Source of the DNA: Cyclobacteriaceae bacterium
GTDB lineage: Bacteria; Bacteroidota; Bacteroidia; Cytophagales; Cyclobacteriaceae
DNA: 64,000 nucleotides
Reading direction: 5' to 3'
NCBI GenBank assembly: GCA_036273935.1
Contig: DASUGQ010000118.1
Span: 4,474 to 68,473, forward strand
Shown: positions 10,784 to 19,974 of the stretch, in pieces
Numbering within the stretch: the first letter of the stretch is position 1
Layout of the letters: each line of letters begins with the position of its first letter
Notes under the pieces: generated by a model
Database searches by the model: none
The model's input: only the letters and a program-made list of their open reading frames with translations
What the model was told of the DNA's origin: nothing
Program-made: the position numbers and the translations under genes

Positions 10784-11854
10784 ATGAAAAAGCGAATTCC
10801 GAAATTGACTCTTACACTCTTGCTAATGGTCGCACTGGCAGGATTAGTAAATCTGAGCTCTTGCTCCGACGACGAAAAAACACCACCCGCTGACAAAACT
10901 GCTCTTACTTCTACGATAGATGACGCAGATGAACTTCTTGCCAATACAGTAGAAGGAACCAACGACGGTGAATATCCCGCTGCTGCAAGAGCTGCGTTAC
11001 AATCAGCGATTGATGCCGCCGAAGCAGTTGAAGCAAATACTGCTGCTACCCAGGCGCAAGTCGATGCGGCGAAAAATTCACTTGAAGCTGCGATCGATAC
11101 TTATGAAGCCGCGGTAATCACTCCAATTGCTGAAGCTGATCTCATTTTCCATTACAAGTTTGATGAAGGTACTGGTACGACAATTACCGACCAGTCTGCC
11201 AATGCATTGGTCGGAACATTTAAGACTGGTCACGCTGACTGGGGTGCCGGCTACCCTGAGTGGAGTGCGGACAGAAACGGTGATGCCAACAAGGCTATCC
11301 ACTTCGACGAAGGTGCTAACATCGAAATTCCTTATAACACCAAGCTCAACCCTGAGCAAATGACCATCTCGCTTTGGATAAACGCTGATGAAATTCGCGA
11401 GAACAATCGCTTCCTCGGGTTGCAGTCATGGATAGCTTACAAATTCCAACTGCAAAGCACTAACAGACCGTTCTTCACTGTTCACAGTAGCGACGATGCG
11501 TATTTCGATCGCGACGCAGAAATTGGCCTTCCTATTAATGAGTGGCACCACATCGCTGTTACATTTGGCGGTGGAAACATGGTCTTCTACATTGACGGCG
11601 AAGTTGCTAAAACATGGGATAACACTCCTGGCACAGCAATGTCGATCTCAGGTGCTCCATACAACCTGGTGATTGGACAAGACTTCCCTACCGATCAGTA
11701 CGCACCGACACCCGACAACTTTGATACTGATCACAAAATTCCTTTGGCATGGGGAGGATATTTCCATGGATACCTGGACGAATTCCGCATGTACAAAGCT
11801 GTACTTAGCGATTCTCAGATTCAAAGCATTTACGATCGGGAAAAGCCGCAATAA
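10784..11854 (+). CDS. Surface lipoprotein with an Ala-rich helical (FIVAR-like) module and a C-terminal LamG/concanavalin-like domain; candidate glycan-binding protein
   Basis: It has the lipobox 'VNLSSC' and a LamG_3 hallmark 'GYLDEFRMYKAVLSDSQIQSIY'. Its position after SusD is typical of surface glycan-binding proteins. Confidence 0.7.
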   Translation: MKKRIPKLTLTLLLMVALAGLVNLSSCSDDEKTPPADKTALTSTIDDADELLANTVEGTNDGEYPAAARAALQSAIDAAEAVEANTAATQAQVDAAKNSLEAAIDTYEAAVITPIAEADLIFHYKFDEGTGTTITDQSANALVGTFKTGHADWGAGYPEWSADRNGDANKAIHFDEGANIEIPYNTKLNPEQMTISLWINADEIRENNRFLGLQSWIAYKFQLQSTNRPFFTVHSSDDAYFDRDAEIGLPINEWHHIAVTFGGGNMVFYIDGEVAKTWDNTPGTAMSISGAPYNLVIGQDFPTDQYAPTPDNFDTDHKIPLAWGGYFHGYLDEFRMYKAVLSDSQIQSIYDREKPQ

Positions 11855-11936
11855 CCTGGCCTGGTTTAGTAGGGGAATGGGTGTAGCGATGCATCCATTC
11901 TCTTTTTTATTCAATATTTTTTTATTCCTGCCGGTC

Positions 11937-14900
11937 ATGAGATACGCCTACCTCGCTTTATTTTTTTTCTTTTTTATAGTTGATGCGAATTCGCAAATTC
12001 ATCAGATTGATATTCCCCGCGTTGAACAGATGCCAGATGCTCCATCGCCATATGTCATGCGTGATTGGAAATCGGTAGCTACGCAGTACGACGCGCTCGT
12101 GTTCGATCAGGCGCTCACCGGAACACACCTTCCACTGATCTCATTGAAGTCATCTGGAAAAAACTATCCCGACCTTAAACCTATTCAGCTCGATACCTAT
12201 GTCGGCACAATCAGTGAAACCCAAGCAGAAGCAATCAATATTATTCCTGCAATTGTGAGTGCTTCCTTGATGGGCGTTGACAAAACCAATCAGAATGGAA
12301 TGAACTGGGTGGAGAAGATCAAAGATTTTTACAATTCTGCTAATGGCCAGAACGTTTACCTGAATGGCACGAGCAGCACCAGCGGTAATGACTGGTGGTA
12401 TGACACAATGCCCAATGTTTTCTTTTACCAGGCTTTCACATTTTATCCGGAGATTCCGGATTTTGAGGATCAATTCATTTCAGTTGCAGACCGGTGGTTG
12501 GAAGCCGTGTATGCAATGGGCGGTAAAACAACTCCCTGGAGCACACCTTTCATGAACTATCGCGGCTGGTATCTGTCCAGCATGACCGGAAACGCCACGA
12601 GTGTTAAGGAGCCGGAAGCCGCCGGATCAATTGCGTGGATACTATATCAAGCGTATAGCCATACCAGTGACCGGAAATACCTCGAGGGCGCGCAACTGTG
12701 CATTGATTATCTTTCGGGACTTAATTCAAACCCTGCTTATGAATTACAGCTTCCGTATGGAACACTGACCGCAGCAAAACTGAATGCGACGCTTGGTGCG
12801 AATTACGACATTGAAAAAATATTAAACTGGAGCTTCAACCGTGGTGACCTCCGCGGTTGGGGAACAATTGTCGGGTCGTGGGACGGCAAAGATGTAAGTG
12901 GGTTAGTGGGAGAGGCCAACGATGCCGGAAATGATTATGCATTCATGATGAATGGATATCAACAGGTGGCAGCACTTGCACCGGTTGCAAAATATGATAA
13001 ACGATTTGCCCGCGCGCTCGCAAAGTGGATACTGAACGTAGCAAATGCGAGCCGGCTGTATTATCCCCAATACCTGGAAAGCGCCAAACAAGATGATTAC
13101 AACTGGAGCACTCAATATGATCCGGGATCGGTGATTGGCTATGAGGCTTTAAAGGAAAATCTCGATGGAAAGGCGCTGTACGGAACAGGCGATGCAAAGC
13201 GCAACGGATGGGCAGCTACTAATCTCGCTTTGTATGGTTCTTCTCACGTCGGCTATCTGGCAGCGGTGGTGGAACCGACAATCGTGGAAAAGATTTTAAA
13301 GCTTGACCTTAATAGAACAGATTTCTTTGCTGAAAACAGCTTCCCAACTTTTTTGCTGTACAATCCTTATGAGGAAACAAAGATGGTGATGCTTAACGAG
13401 GGTGCCGGCTCTTATAGGATCTATGACGCAATATCAGAAACGGTCCTTGCGGAAAATGTGTCTGGTGATATTGCGCTTAATATTAACCCGGATGAAGTGA
13501 TCATGTTAACATTTCTTCCTGCAGGATCAACAATTACGGTCAAAGGAAATAAGCTTTATGTAGACGAACATGTGATCGATTACCACTATGGTTACGATTT
13601 CAATCCGGTATTCCGCATTAAGTCGCTGGCAGCAGACAAAACTACTGCCGCCTTCGGCGATGACATCAATCTCTTTGCTACCGTTGAAAATGCGGTGGCT
13701 CCGGTGTCATACAAGTGGTATGTTAACGACGTACTTCAAAGCGAAACGGAAACGGCAAACTTTTCATGGACGGCACCAGGCGCCGAAGGGGTTACTGAAA
13801 TGAAGGTCGAAGCGATTTCAAATGCAACAATAGTGAAGGACAGCTTATCGATAACTGTTGTACCGGTGATTCCGATACCACCTGCAATCATTGGAATTAC
13901 GGCTGATCAGAAATATTACCTCAACGGTGCCACAGCAAAAATCGTCGTTGCTGTTCGGGATGCTCAGGTAAAACATTTCACTTATAACTGGATTGTTCCA
14001 TCGGGCAATTTTGAACAACAGGATTCCCTCATCACCTGGACAACACCCGCGGAAGGCGTTTACCTTGTCCGTTGCATTGTAACGAATGAATTCAATCTCA
14101 CGTCCGAGACAAGCATTGATATCCTGGTCAAGTCAGAATCTGACGGTAGTACTTCACCGTTGGCCTATTATCCCCTCAATGTTGATGTGAATGATTACAG
14201 CGGTAATGATTTTAATGGAAAGGTGGAAGGCACGCAACAAGCTGATGATGCATTGGGTGTAGATGATTATGCTTACCGGTTTACTTCTGGCAGCGACGTC
14301 ATTTATGTTGACAATAAATCGGAATTAAACTTTCGCGACGCGATCACACTTTCTTTCTGGATGTCTCCGGGGTCTGCCGGACATGAAGCATTTTTGATTT
14401 CACATGGCAGCTGGGAGGAGCGCTGGAAGATTTCCATTACCCCTGATAAGAAATTGCGTTGGACTGTGAAAACTGAAAACGGCGTGCGTGATCTTGACAG
14501 TAAAGAGGCGCTCACAAACAACGAGTTTATTCATGTCACGTGTGTCTACACGGGATATTCAATGGAACTATTCATCGATGGCGAGCTTGATGGATTTATT
14601 GCGCATGACGGAAAAATTTTGACAACAGGAAAGCAAATTACATTTGGACAAAAGGATTATTCTGACAGGGGATATTACTACAATGGCGTGCTTGACGAAA
14701 TCAGGATTTATGACAAAACATTGCAGCCCGATGAAATTATTCAATTGAAGGAGCTTTGGCATGAGGAACCTGTTGCTCCTTCCACCGGAGTTAGTAAGAA
14801 GGTTCGGATTTATCCAAATCCCACACAGGACGGGGCTGTGACTGTTGAACATCGTGATGGCAAAATTCTAACGCTTGACGTGTTCACGCCTGATGGCAGA

Positions 14901-15032
14901 TCGATCCCTGTCGAAGAGAATATCGGATATAATAAAGCCACGATAAGGCTCTATGAAGCACAACACGGAGTATTTCTAATTCGGGTGACTACGAGTAATG
15001 GAGTTACCTATTCCCGAATAATTCGAAATTAA
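11937..15032 (+). CDS. Secreted multidomain protein: a domain paralogous to 4430-6154, Ig/PKD-like repeats, a LamG domain and a T9SS C-terminal sorting domain
   Basis: The track ORF starts at 11673 but overlaps the upstream gene. 'MRYAYLALFFFFFIVDANSQ' at 11937 looks like a signal peptide, with alternatives at 11877 and 11889. The LamG motif is 'GVLDEIRIYDKTLQPDEI', and the C-terminal 'VRIYPNPTQDGAVTV...FLIRVTTSNGVTYSRIIRN' is a type A T9SS sorting domain. Confidence 0.75.
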   Translation: MRYAYLALFFFFFIVDANSQIHQIDIPRVEQMPDAPSPYVMRDWKSVATQYDALVFDQALTGTHLPLISLKSSGKNYPDLKPIQLDTYVGTISETQAEAINIIPAIVSASLMGVDKTNQNGMNWVEKIKDFYNSANGQNVYLNGTSSTSGNDWWYDTMPNVFFYQAFTFYPEIPDFEDQFISVADRWLEAVYAMGGKTTPWSTPFMNYRGWYLSSMTGNATSVKEPEAAGSIAWILYQAYSHTSDRKYLEGAQLCIDYLSGLNSNPAYELQLPYGTLTAAKLNATLGANYDIEKILNWSFNRGDLRGWGTIVGSWDGKDVSGLVGEANDAGNDYAFMMNGYQQVAALAPVAKYDKRFARALAKWILNVANASRLYYPQYLESAKQDDYNWSTQYDPGSVIGYEALKENLDGKALYGTGDAKRNGWAATNLALYGSSHVGYLAAVVEPTIVEKILKLDLNRTDFFAENSFPTFLLYNPYEETKMVMLNEGAGSYRIYDAISETVLAENVSGDIALNINPDEVIMLTFLPAGSTITVKGNKLYVDEHVIDYHYGYDFNPVFRIKSLAADKTTAAFGDDINLFATVENAVAPVSYKWYVNDVLQSETETANFSWTAPGAEGVTEMKVEAISNATIVKDSLSITVVPVIPIPPAIIGITADQKYYLNGATAKIVVAVRDAQVKHFTYNWIVPSGNFEQQDSLITWTTPAEGVYLVRCIVTNEFNLTSETSIDILVKSESDGSTSPLAYYPLNVDVNDYSGNDFNGKVEGTQQADDALGVDDYAYRFTSGSDVIYVDNKSELNFRDAITLSFWMSPGSAGHEAFLISHGSWEERWKISITPDKKLRWTVKTENGVRDLDSKEALTNNEFIHVTCVYTGYSMELFIDGELDGFIAHDGKILTTGKQITFGQKDYSDRGYYYNGVLDEIRIYDKTLQPDEIIQLKELWHEEPVAPSTGVSKKVRIYPNPTQDGAVTVEHRDGKILTLDVFTPDGRSIPVEENIGYNKATIRLYEAQHGVFLIRVTTSNGVTYSRIIRN

Positions 15033-15068
15033 GCAATTATGAAAACGAAAAATATTATTTAAACTAAT

Positions 15069-16214
15069 ATGAACACACTTAAGTTTGCTGTAGTCGGTGC
15101 CGGAGAATTTGCCTTCTTTGCTGTGACCGAATTTGTCAGGGTACCCGGCGTGAAACTGGTCGGTGTATACGACGAACAAAAGGAAAACAGCCTTAAGTTC
15201 AAGACTATTGATGCCCAGATCAAAATTTACACCTCACTGGAATCACTTTGTGCTGAGAACGATATTGATCTGGTATACATCGCCACGCCGCCCTACCTTC
15301 ATTACGAGCAATCCAAATCGGCGTTGTTATCCGGAAAGCATGTGATATGCGAAAAACCCGCGGCTATAAAACTCGAACATGCAATCGAACTCAGGAAGAT
15401 CGCCAATGAAAGAGGATTGTTATTTGTCGTTAACCTGATGCAGCGGTATAACTTTCTTTATGATGTTGTTAAAGAAATCATTGATCAGATGATGCTCGGA
15501 GAATTCCTTCATGGCTTCTTCGAAAACTACGCATCTGATGAAGCCCTTGGTGTAACTCACTGGTTCTGGGACCGGGAAAAATCCGGTGGAATATTTATTG
15601 AGCACGGCGTCCATTTCTTCGATATGTTTTCGGGTTGGTTAGGCGAAGGATCTATAGTGGCCTCTCAAAAACTAAATCGCCCCGGGTATCCTCACATAAT
15701 AGATAAGGTTCATGCGACGGCGCTGTATAACGGTGGTCTCGTAAATTTTTATCATGCGTTCGATCAGCCTAAACGGATGGATCGCCAGGAAATGAGACTG
15801 CAATTCGAGCGGGGCGAACTTACCCTTTATGAGTGGGTGCCCACGCGGCTCCGGATGATTGCACTCTGCACTGAGACAGAGCTTACCTTCTTCCGGACAA
15901 AATTCCCTCGTGGCAATATTTCATTCAAACAATCATTTGCTGAACCACAGATAGTTCGCGGGCGATTTAAACCGTTCACTTTTAATTATAAACTTTCATT
16001 GGATACGGGAGATGATGTGGAGAAGCAGGATATGTATCAAAACCTCATTCGTAGTATGTTACAGGATCAGCTCACCTGGATTTACAACCGCGGCCATATG
16101 CGCAAGGTCACCGGAGATAACGCGGTTGCTTCTTTGAAACTAGCCGAAGATGCAGAGTTACGCGCCACGGTTTTACAGGCGCGGAATGCAACAATGACTG
16201 TCACCCATGAATAA
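15069..16214 (+). CDS. Gfo/Idh/MocA-family NAD(P)-dependent oxidoreductase
   Basis: It has an N-terminal Rossmann fold 'KFAVVGAGEFA' and the family 'VICEKPAA' (EKP) motif. Confidence 0.8.
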   Translation: MNTLKFAVVGAGEFAFFAVTEFVRVPGVKLVGVYDEQKENSLKFKTIDAQIKIYTSLESLCAENDIDLVYIATPPYLHYEQSKSALLSGKHVICEKPAAIKLEHAIELRKIANERGLLFVVNLMQRYNFLYDVVKEIIDQMMLGEFLHGFFENYASDEALGVTHWFWDREKSGGIFIEHGVHFFDMFSGWLGEGSIVASQKLNRPGYPHIIDKVHATALYNGGLVNFYHAFDQPKRMDRQEMRLQFERGELTLYEWVPTRLRMIALCTETELTFFRTKFPRGNISFKQSFAEPQIVRGRFKPFTFNYKLSLDTGDDVEKQDMYQNLIRSMLQDQLTWIYNRGHMRKVTGDNAVASLKLAEDAELRATVLQARNATMTVTHE

Positions 16215-16255
16215 CATTTTTTTGAACACGGTTTTTTGAACGGAGTATTTGTGCA

Positions 16256-16745
16256 ATGGATTTTTTGTTGAGTCTTGTAATTCATCCATTTTTTGAATTG
16301 AGGACAAATATATCATTATCCAATTATGGCATTTTTCTGTACCACCATGGATCTTCACCTGGCCCGCGTCACATTGAAGAAATACAAGCGAACAAATTTG
16401 CAGGGTTCTTTTTAATACCAGCAGGGACCGTCAGAGCAGTAAAATGTGAATTTCCTCCGGCTCTATATCGAGGACAGGCAAAAAGTGAGGCGCACCGCAT
16501 CACAGGAACTCGGCATCACGCCCATCTACGTTTTTGGAAACGCGAATGGGATCAATGGCCAAAGTACTAATAGTGGTGTTCGCGCTTGACAAGTTCACTA
16601 TACCCGGTGCAAAGCGGCTTGTCATAGAAATGTTTGAAAGGAATGACGGAAGAAACCTGACCTTGTCGATAAACAGCAAGGCGATTGTCAACGCCCGGCT
16701 GATCGACTCCAACGAATACACTTTGAACAAAAGGAATATTTAAAC
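16256..16745 (+). pseudogene. Degraded remnants of an ImmA/IrrE (M78)-like peptidase tail and an XRE-type HTH gene
   Basis: 'EEIQANKFAGFFLIPAGTV' resembles the E..AN.FA..LL.P tail motif of ImmA/IrrE peptidases. Downstream, 'RRTASQELGITPIYV' and 'MAKVLIVVFALDKF' look like an HTH protein split over different frames. Confidence 0.3.
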
Positions 16746-16761
16746 GATTAAACAAACATTC

Positions 16762-17549
16762 ATGAACATCAAGAATTTTGAATATCTAAAAGAAGGCCTG
16801 AAGTGCCTGGGCTTTGCCGACAAGTTGAATGCTGATCTTGAAAATAGGATCAGGGAACAGCCAACAGAGTTCAAACTCAACCTGGTGGGGGAATTTGCCA
16901 CAGCACAAAAGAAAGAGCAGGTGAACTATACACTTGACTTTACCAAGTCCGATCAGACTGATATGTACTTCCTGAACCGGTATCAGGCTACCTTGAAGAA
17001 CGAAGATCCGGCCCGGGAAAAAACGCAGACGTTCTACATAACCAAGAATTCAGGTGTCACGGCAAAGGAGGCATACAACCTCCTTAGTGGCCGGTCCGTT
17101 AACAAAGACCTGATAAACAAGGAGGGTCAGACTTACAACGCATGGCTGCAACTCGACTTTCAGGAGAAGGACAAGAACGATAACTATAAACTGAAACAGT
17201 ATCATTCTGGTTACGGGTATGATCTTGACTTGGCGCTCTCTAAATATCCCATTAAAGAACAACTCGATGCAGATCAGAAAGCAAAGGTTATCAAGTCTCT
17301 TGCAAAAGGAAATCTCACGCAGGTTACTTTTGCCAGGGAAGGGGGAGAAGACAAGACGTTCATAGCGGCTAGCCCCGGTACAAGAACCTTGACCTGTACG
17401 ATGCTAAAATGCAAAAGCAATTCCAGGGAATAGATAGGAAGGAAAAGGAGCCTGCAAAAGCCCAGGAGCAAAAAGAAAGTCAGAAACAGGAACCTGATGA
17501 AAAAGGTGGGGGGAGCAGCAGAAGAAATCGTCCCGACGACGAGGCATAG
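16762..17549 (+). CDS. Conserved hypothetical protein of the kind seen on Bacteroidota mobile elements; frameshifted as sequenced
   Basis: The track ORF ends at 17433. Adding one C to the C4 run at 17373-17376 continues the frame as '...FIAASPRYKNLDLYDAKMQKQFQGIDRKEKEPAKAQEQKE...' to the stop at 17547-17549. I am not certain of the family name. Confidence 0.45.
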
Positions 17550-17631
17550 GTGTATGAACACTTATCCCTGATATCTAAATGGCGCGCCTGCACTAAGACG
17601 GGTCTTTAATGCCTCGGTTGCAAGACTTGAA

Positions 17632-17883
17632 TTTTCAATTCAATTTCTCTTAGAGTGCGGGAACTTTATTGCCCTGGTTTTGGTTGCAATGGTGATTTCC
17701 GCGTCTTTAACTTTCTTCTTGGTGCAACATTGGCTTGACAGATTTGCTTTCAGGATAAGGTTTTCAGCAGATCTCTTGTTTGCACCAGTGCTGGTTATTC
17801 TTGTTGTTTCGCTGCTGACGATTGTTGCAAGAACTGTAGGTGTCTCTATGAGCAATCCGGTTAATTTGTTAAAGGAACATTGA
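17632..17883 (+). pseudogene. 3' remnant of an FtsX/MacB-type ABC permease gene
   Basis: '...LVLVAMVISASLTFFLVQHWLDRFAFRIRFSADLLFAPVLVILVVSLLTIVARTVGVSMSNPVNLLKEH*' matches the last transmembrane helices and C-terminus of FtsX permeases (compare the C-terminus of 36811-39224). There is no upstream coding part. Confidence 0.6.
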
Positions 17884-18014
17884 GTCCAGCATCGCAGGAT
17901 GATGTTTGACGTTGAGGGACAAAGAAAGTTAATTAATGGTAGACTCAAGACGCAAGTGGTTTCAGCTTCTATTTTCTATCGACGTGATTCTGAACGTCTT
18001 CGAAAAATCACTTC

Positions 18015-18531
18015 CTAAACCCGAACAAGGAATGATATTATCTAAGTAGGGTTCAATGGGGGTTTATAGGACGCAACCCATTGAGCCGCCATGCGTGACT
18101 CGGAACAGCGTGGACGGCAGCCTCCAACTCTCCCTTGCGATGTATTAGGAAACCTTGAGCCAGATCTTGACGTTATGTCAATATTGACATATATTTACAG
18201 GTGGAATGGGTACTCGAGATAAGCCGCTCGTTTGGCTGCAAGGTGAAATAAAGACGCCACCGTTTTCGGCTCAGGCAAGAATTGAAGTTGGCTATTTATT
18301 ACGACGCTTACAGAAAGGCGAGAAGCTATCCCTGCCGCATTCACGTCCTATGCCGTCTATTGGTGCAAGATGCCATGAGCTTCGGATTGTGGATGATGAT
18401 AAGATTTGGCGGATTGTGCATCGAATTGATAAAGATGCCATTTTGATTTTAGAAGTTTTTCAAAAGAAAACGCAAAAAACCCCATCGACAATTGCAAACG
18501 CCGGATTAAACAATATGATAGTTAAAGGAAA
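18015..18531 (+). repeat. Copy A of a roughly 0.5 kb direct repeat (leader plus HigB-like toxin gene)
   Basis: By eye it aligns along its whole length with 19074-19599, with scattered substitutions and several indels. Confidence 0.85.
18175..18190. promoter_or_regulatory. Perfect 16-bp palindrome ATGTCAATATTGACAT; candidate operator of the toxin-antitoxin promoter
   Basis: The site lies 16 nt upstream of the toxin ATG (18206). Copy B (19249-19264) has the same site with one mismatch. Type II antitoxins usually autoregulate through such palindromes. Confidence 0.5.
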
Positions 18532-18544
18532 TACATATGAATAG
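18206..18544 (+). CDS. HigB/RelE-superfamily toxin (Gp49/DUF891-like), with its C-terminal tail altered by an 8-nt deletion relative to copy B
   Basis: 'KTPPFSAQARIEVGYLLRRLQKGEKLSLPHSRPMPSIGARCHELRIVDDDKIWRIVHRID' fits the Gp49-like toxin family. Copy B ends '...TPQNVIDNCKRRIKQYDS*', whereas copy A reads the same DNA out of frame after 'QKTP'. Confidence 0.7.
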   Translation: MGTRDKPLVWLQGEIKTPPFSAQARIEVGYLLRRLQKGEKLSLPHSRPMPSIGARCHELRIVDDDKIWRIVHRIDKDAILILEVFQKKTQKTPSTIANAGLNNMIVKGNTYE

Positions 18545-18845
18545 CACAAAAAGAAAACGTCTAGAAGCGAAAGGGTGGAAGGTAGGTAATGTTCAGGGAT
18601 TTCTGAATCTTTCGCCGGAGGAGGCTGCGTATATTGAATTTAAACTTGCCTTGAGTAAAAATCTGCAAGATTATCGCAAGGCCAAGCGACTCACTCAAAC
18701 TGAACTCGCACGCCGAATCAAATCGAGCCAGTCAAGGGTTGCAAAGATGGAGTCCGGCGATCCATCCGTTTCAATTGACCTGCTGGTTCGATCATTATTT
18801 GCGTTGGGTGCGTCCAAAAAGCGCTTGGCCGGCATGCTTGCGTAA
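18537..18845 (+). CDS. XRE-family HTH antitoxin (HigA-like)
   Basis: 'RLTQTELARRIKSSQSRVAKMESGDPSVSIDLLVRSLFALG' is a classic HTH_XRE. It lies immediately downstream of the toxin. Confidence 0.8.
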   Translation: MNSTKRKRLEAKGWKVGNVQGFLNLSPEEAAYIEFKLALSKNLQDYRKAKRLTQTELARRIKSSQSRVAKMESGDPSVSIDLLVRSLFALGASKKRLAGMLA

Positions 18846-19073
18846 ATTTCCGCATCAGTAAGTAGATGCAAAAGCTCTGGAAGTACACGAAATTCTCCTT
18901 GTCCCTATTGAATAGTTGTTCGAAGTAGGCTTCTTAATCCTGAAAAAAAACGCCAGAATGATACTTTTGCATTTGTTACTCGCACAAAGTTGAAAATTCT
19001 CAGGTCACCACACAATGGAGTAGTTCAGTTGTTCTCGACAGTATGGAGATACAGATGCAGTATGGTTTGAGCC

Positions 19074-19599
19074 CTAAATCCGAACAAGGAAATAATATTA
19101 TCTAATTAGGGTTCAATGAGCTTGTGATAAAAAGGCTCATAGGACGCCAACACGTTGAGAACCGCCATGCGCGATTCGGAACAGCACGGACGACAGCCTC
19201 CAGTCTCCTTACGATAAATTAGGAAACCTTGAGCCGACCCTTGATGTTATGTCAATACTGACATATTTACAGTTGGAATGAATATTCGAAACAAGCCACT
19301 GCGAGGTGAAGACGCCACCGTTTTCGGCCCAGGCAAGAATTGAAGCTGGTTATTTATTTCGACGACTGCAGAAAGGCGAGAAGCTATCTCTGCCACATTC
19401 CTATCCGATGCCGTCTATTGGGACAAGATGCTACGAGCTTCGGATTGTAGATGATGATAAGATTTGGCGGATTGTGCATCGGATTGATAAAGATGCCAAT
19501 TTGATTCTGCAAGTTTTTCAAAAGACGACGCAGAAAACTCCCCAAAACGTCATTGACAATTGCAAGCGCCGGATTAAACAGTATGATAGTTAAAGGAAA
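19074..19599 (+). repeat. Copy B of the roughly 0.5 kb direct repeat
   Basis: See copy A. The similarity stops right after the toxin stop codon, so no antitoxin gene follows. Confidence 0.85.
19278..19593 (+). pseudogene. Orphan, 5'-damaged HigB-like toxin copy
   Basis: The ancestral ATG at 19278 is out of frame because this copy is 14 nt shorter than copy A after 'NKPL'. Only a GTG-initiated ORF (19306-19593) remains, and there is no cognate antitoxin. Confidence 0.6.
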
Positions 19600-19974
19600 A
19601 ACCTGACGATTTGGTCTCCGGTAAGTTTATCCACCCTGTTCTTGGTTATCTTTTTTTAGGAGACGAGTCGACCGCCGCCACTAGCGCTGCAGTTATAAGG
19701 GCAAGTTTCCTTTTTGCGCGTTCTTGTTCTTTATTATTTTCTTGTTGTTACGATTTTTTTTGCATATTTGAGCAGAATTTAAAGAATTTTTGATCGCCGT
19801 TAAAAAACATCTGACCTTGTAATTTCCGTTGATTGTGCCATTCAATACAATTTCACATTAACTCTCCGCTCGATGATGGGCCTGTCTTTTTGTTTTATCG
19901 CGACCTACTCGTCTGAAATGTGTATACGCGTGTTATTGCTTTAAAGAAAATCATAAAACGATAGTTAAGCATCT

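Noticed and set aside
11673-11936. The track start (11673) of the 1119-aa ORF, which adds 88 N-terminal residues
   Set aside because: The extension overlaps the last 180 nt of the upstream LamG gene and has no protein-like features. A good signal peptide begins at the ATG at 11937, so the longer ORF start is most likely artefactual.
17274-17561. 95-aa minus-strand ORF antisense to the mobile-element hypothetical gene, along with the many other antisense track ORFs inside long CDSs (for example 7273-7710, 24928-25377, 39976-40464, 46642-47169, 44057-44443)
   Set aside because: They are fully embedded antisense to genes with strong family signatures, and their composition mirrors the sense-strand codon bias. 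I treated them as shadow ORFs.
17632-17883. The FtsX 3' remnant as the displaced end of the integrase-adjacent FtsX gene (36811-39224), which would define the island att sites
   Set aside because: The remnant is on the opposite strand, and its sequence differs substantially from the C-terminus of the intact gene. It derives from another paralog, so it does not define att sites.
19611-19793. 60-aa ORF after toxin copy B
   Set aside because: Its sequence is low-complexity (T-rich DNA), it has no ribosome-binding context and no motif. It is likely spurious.
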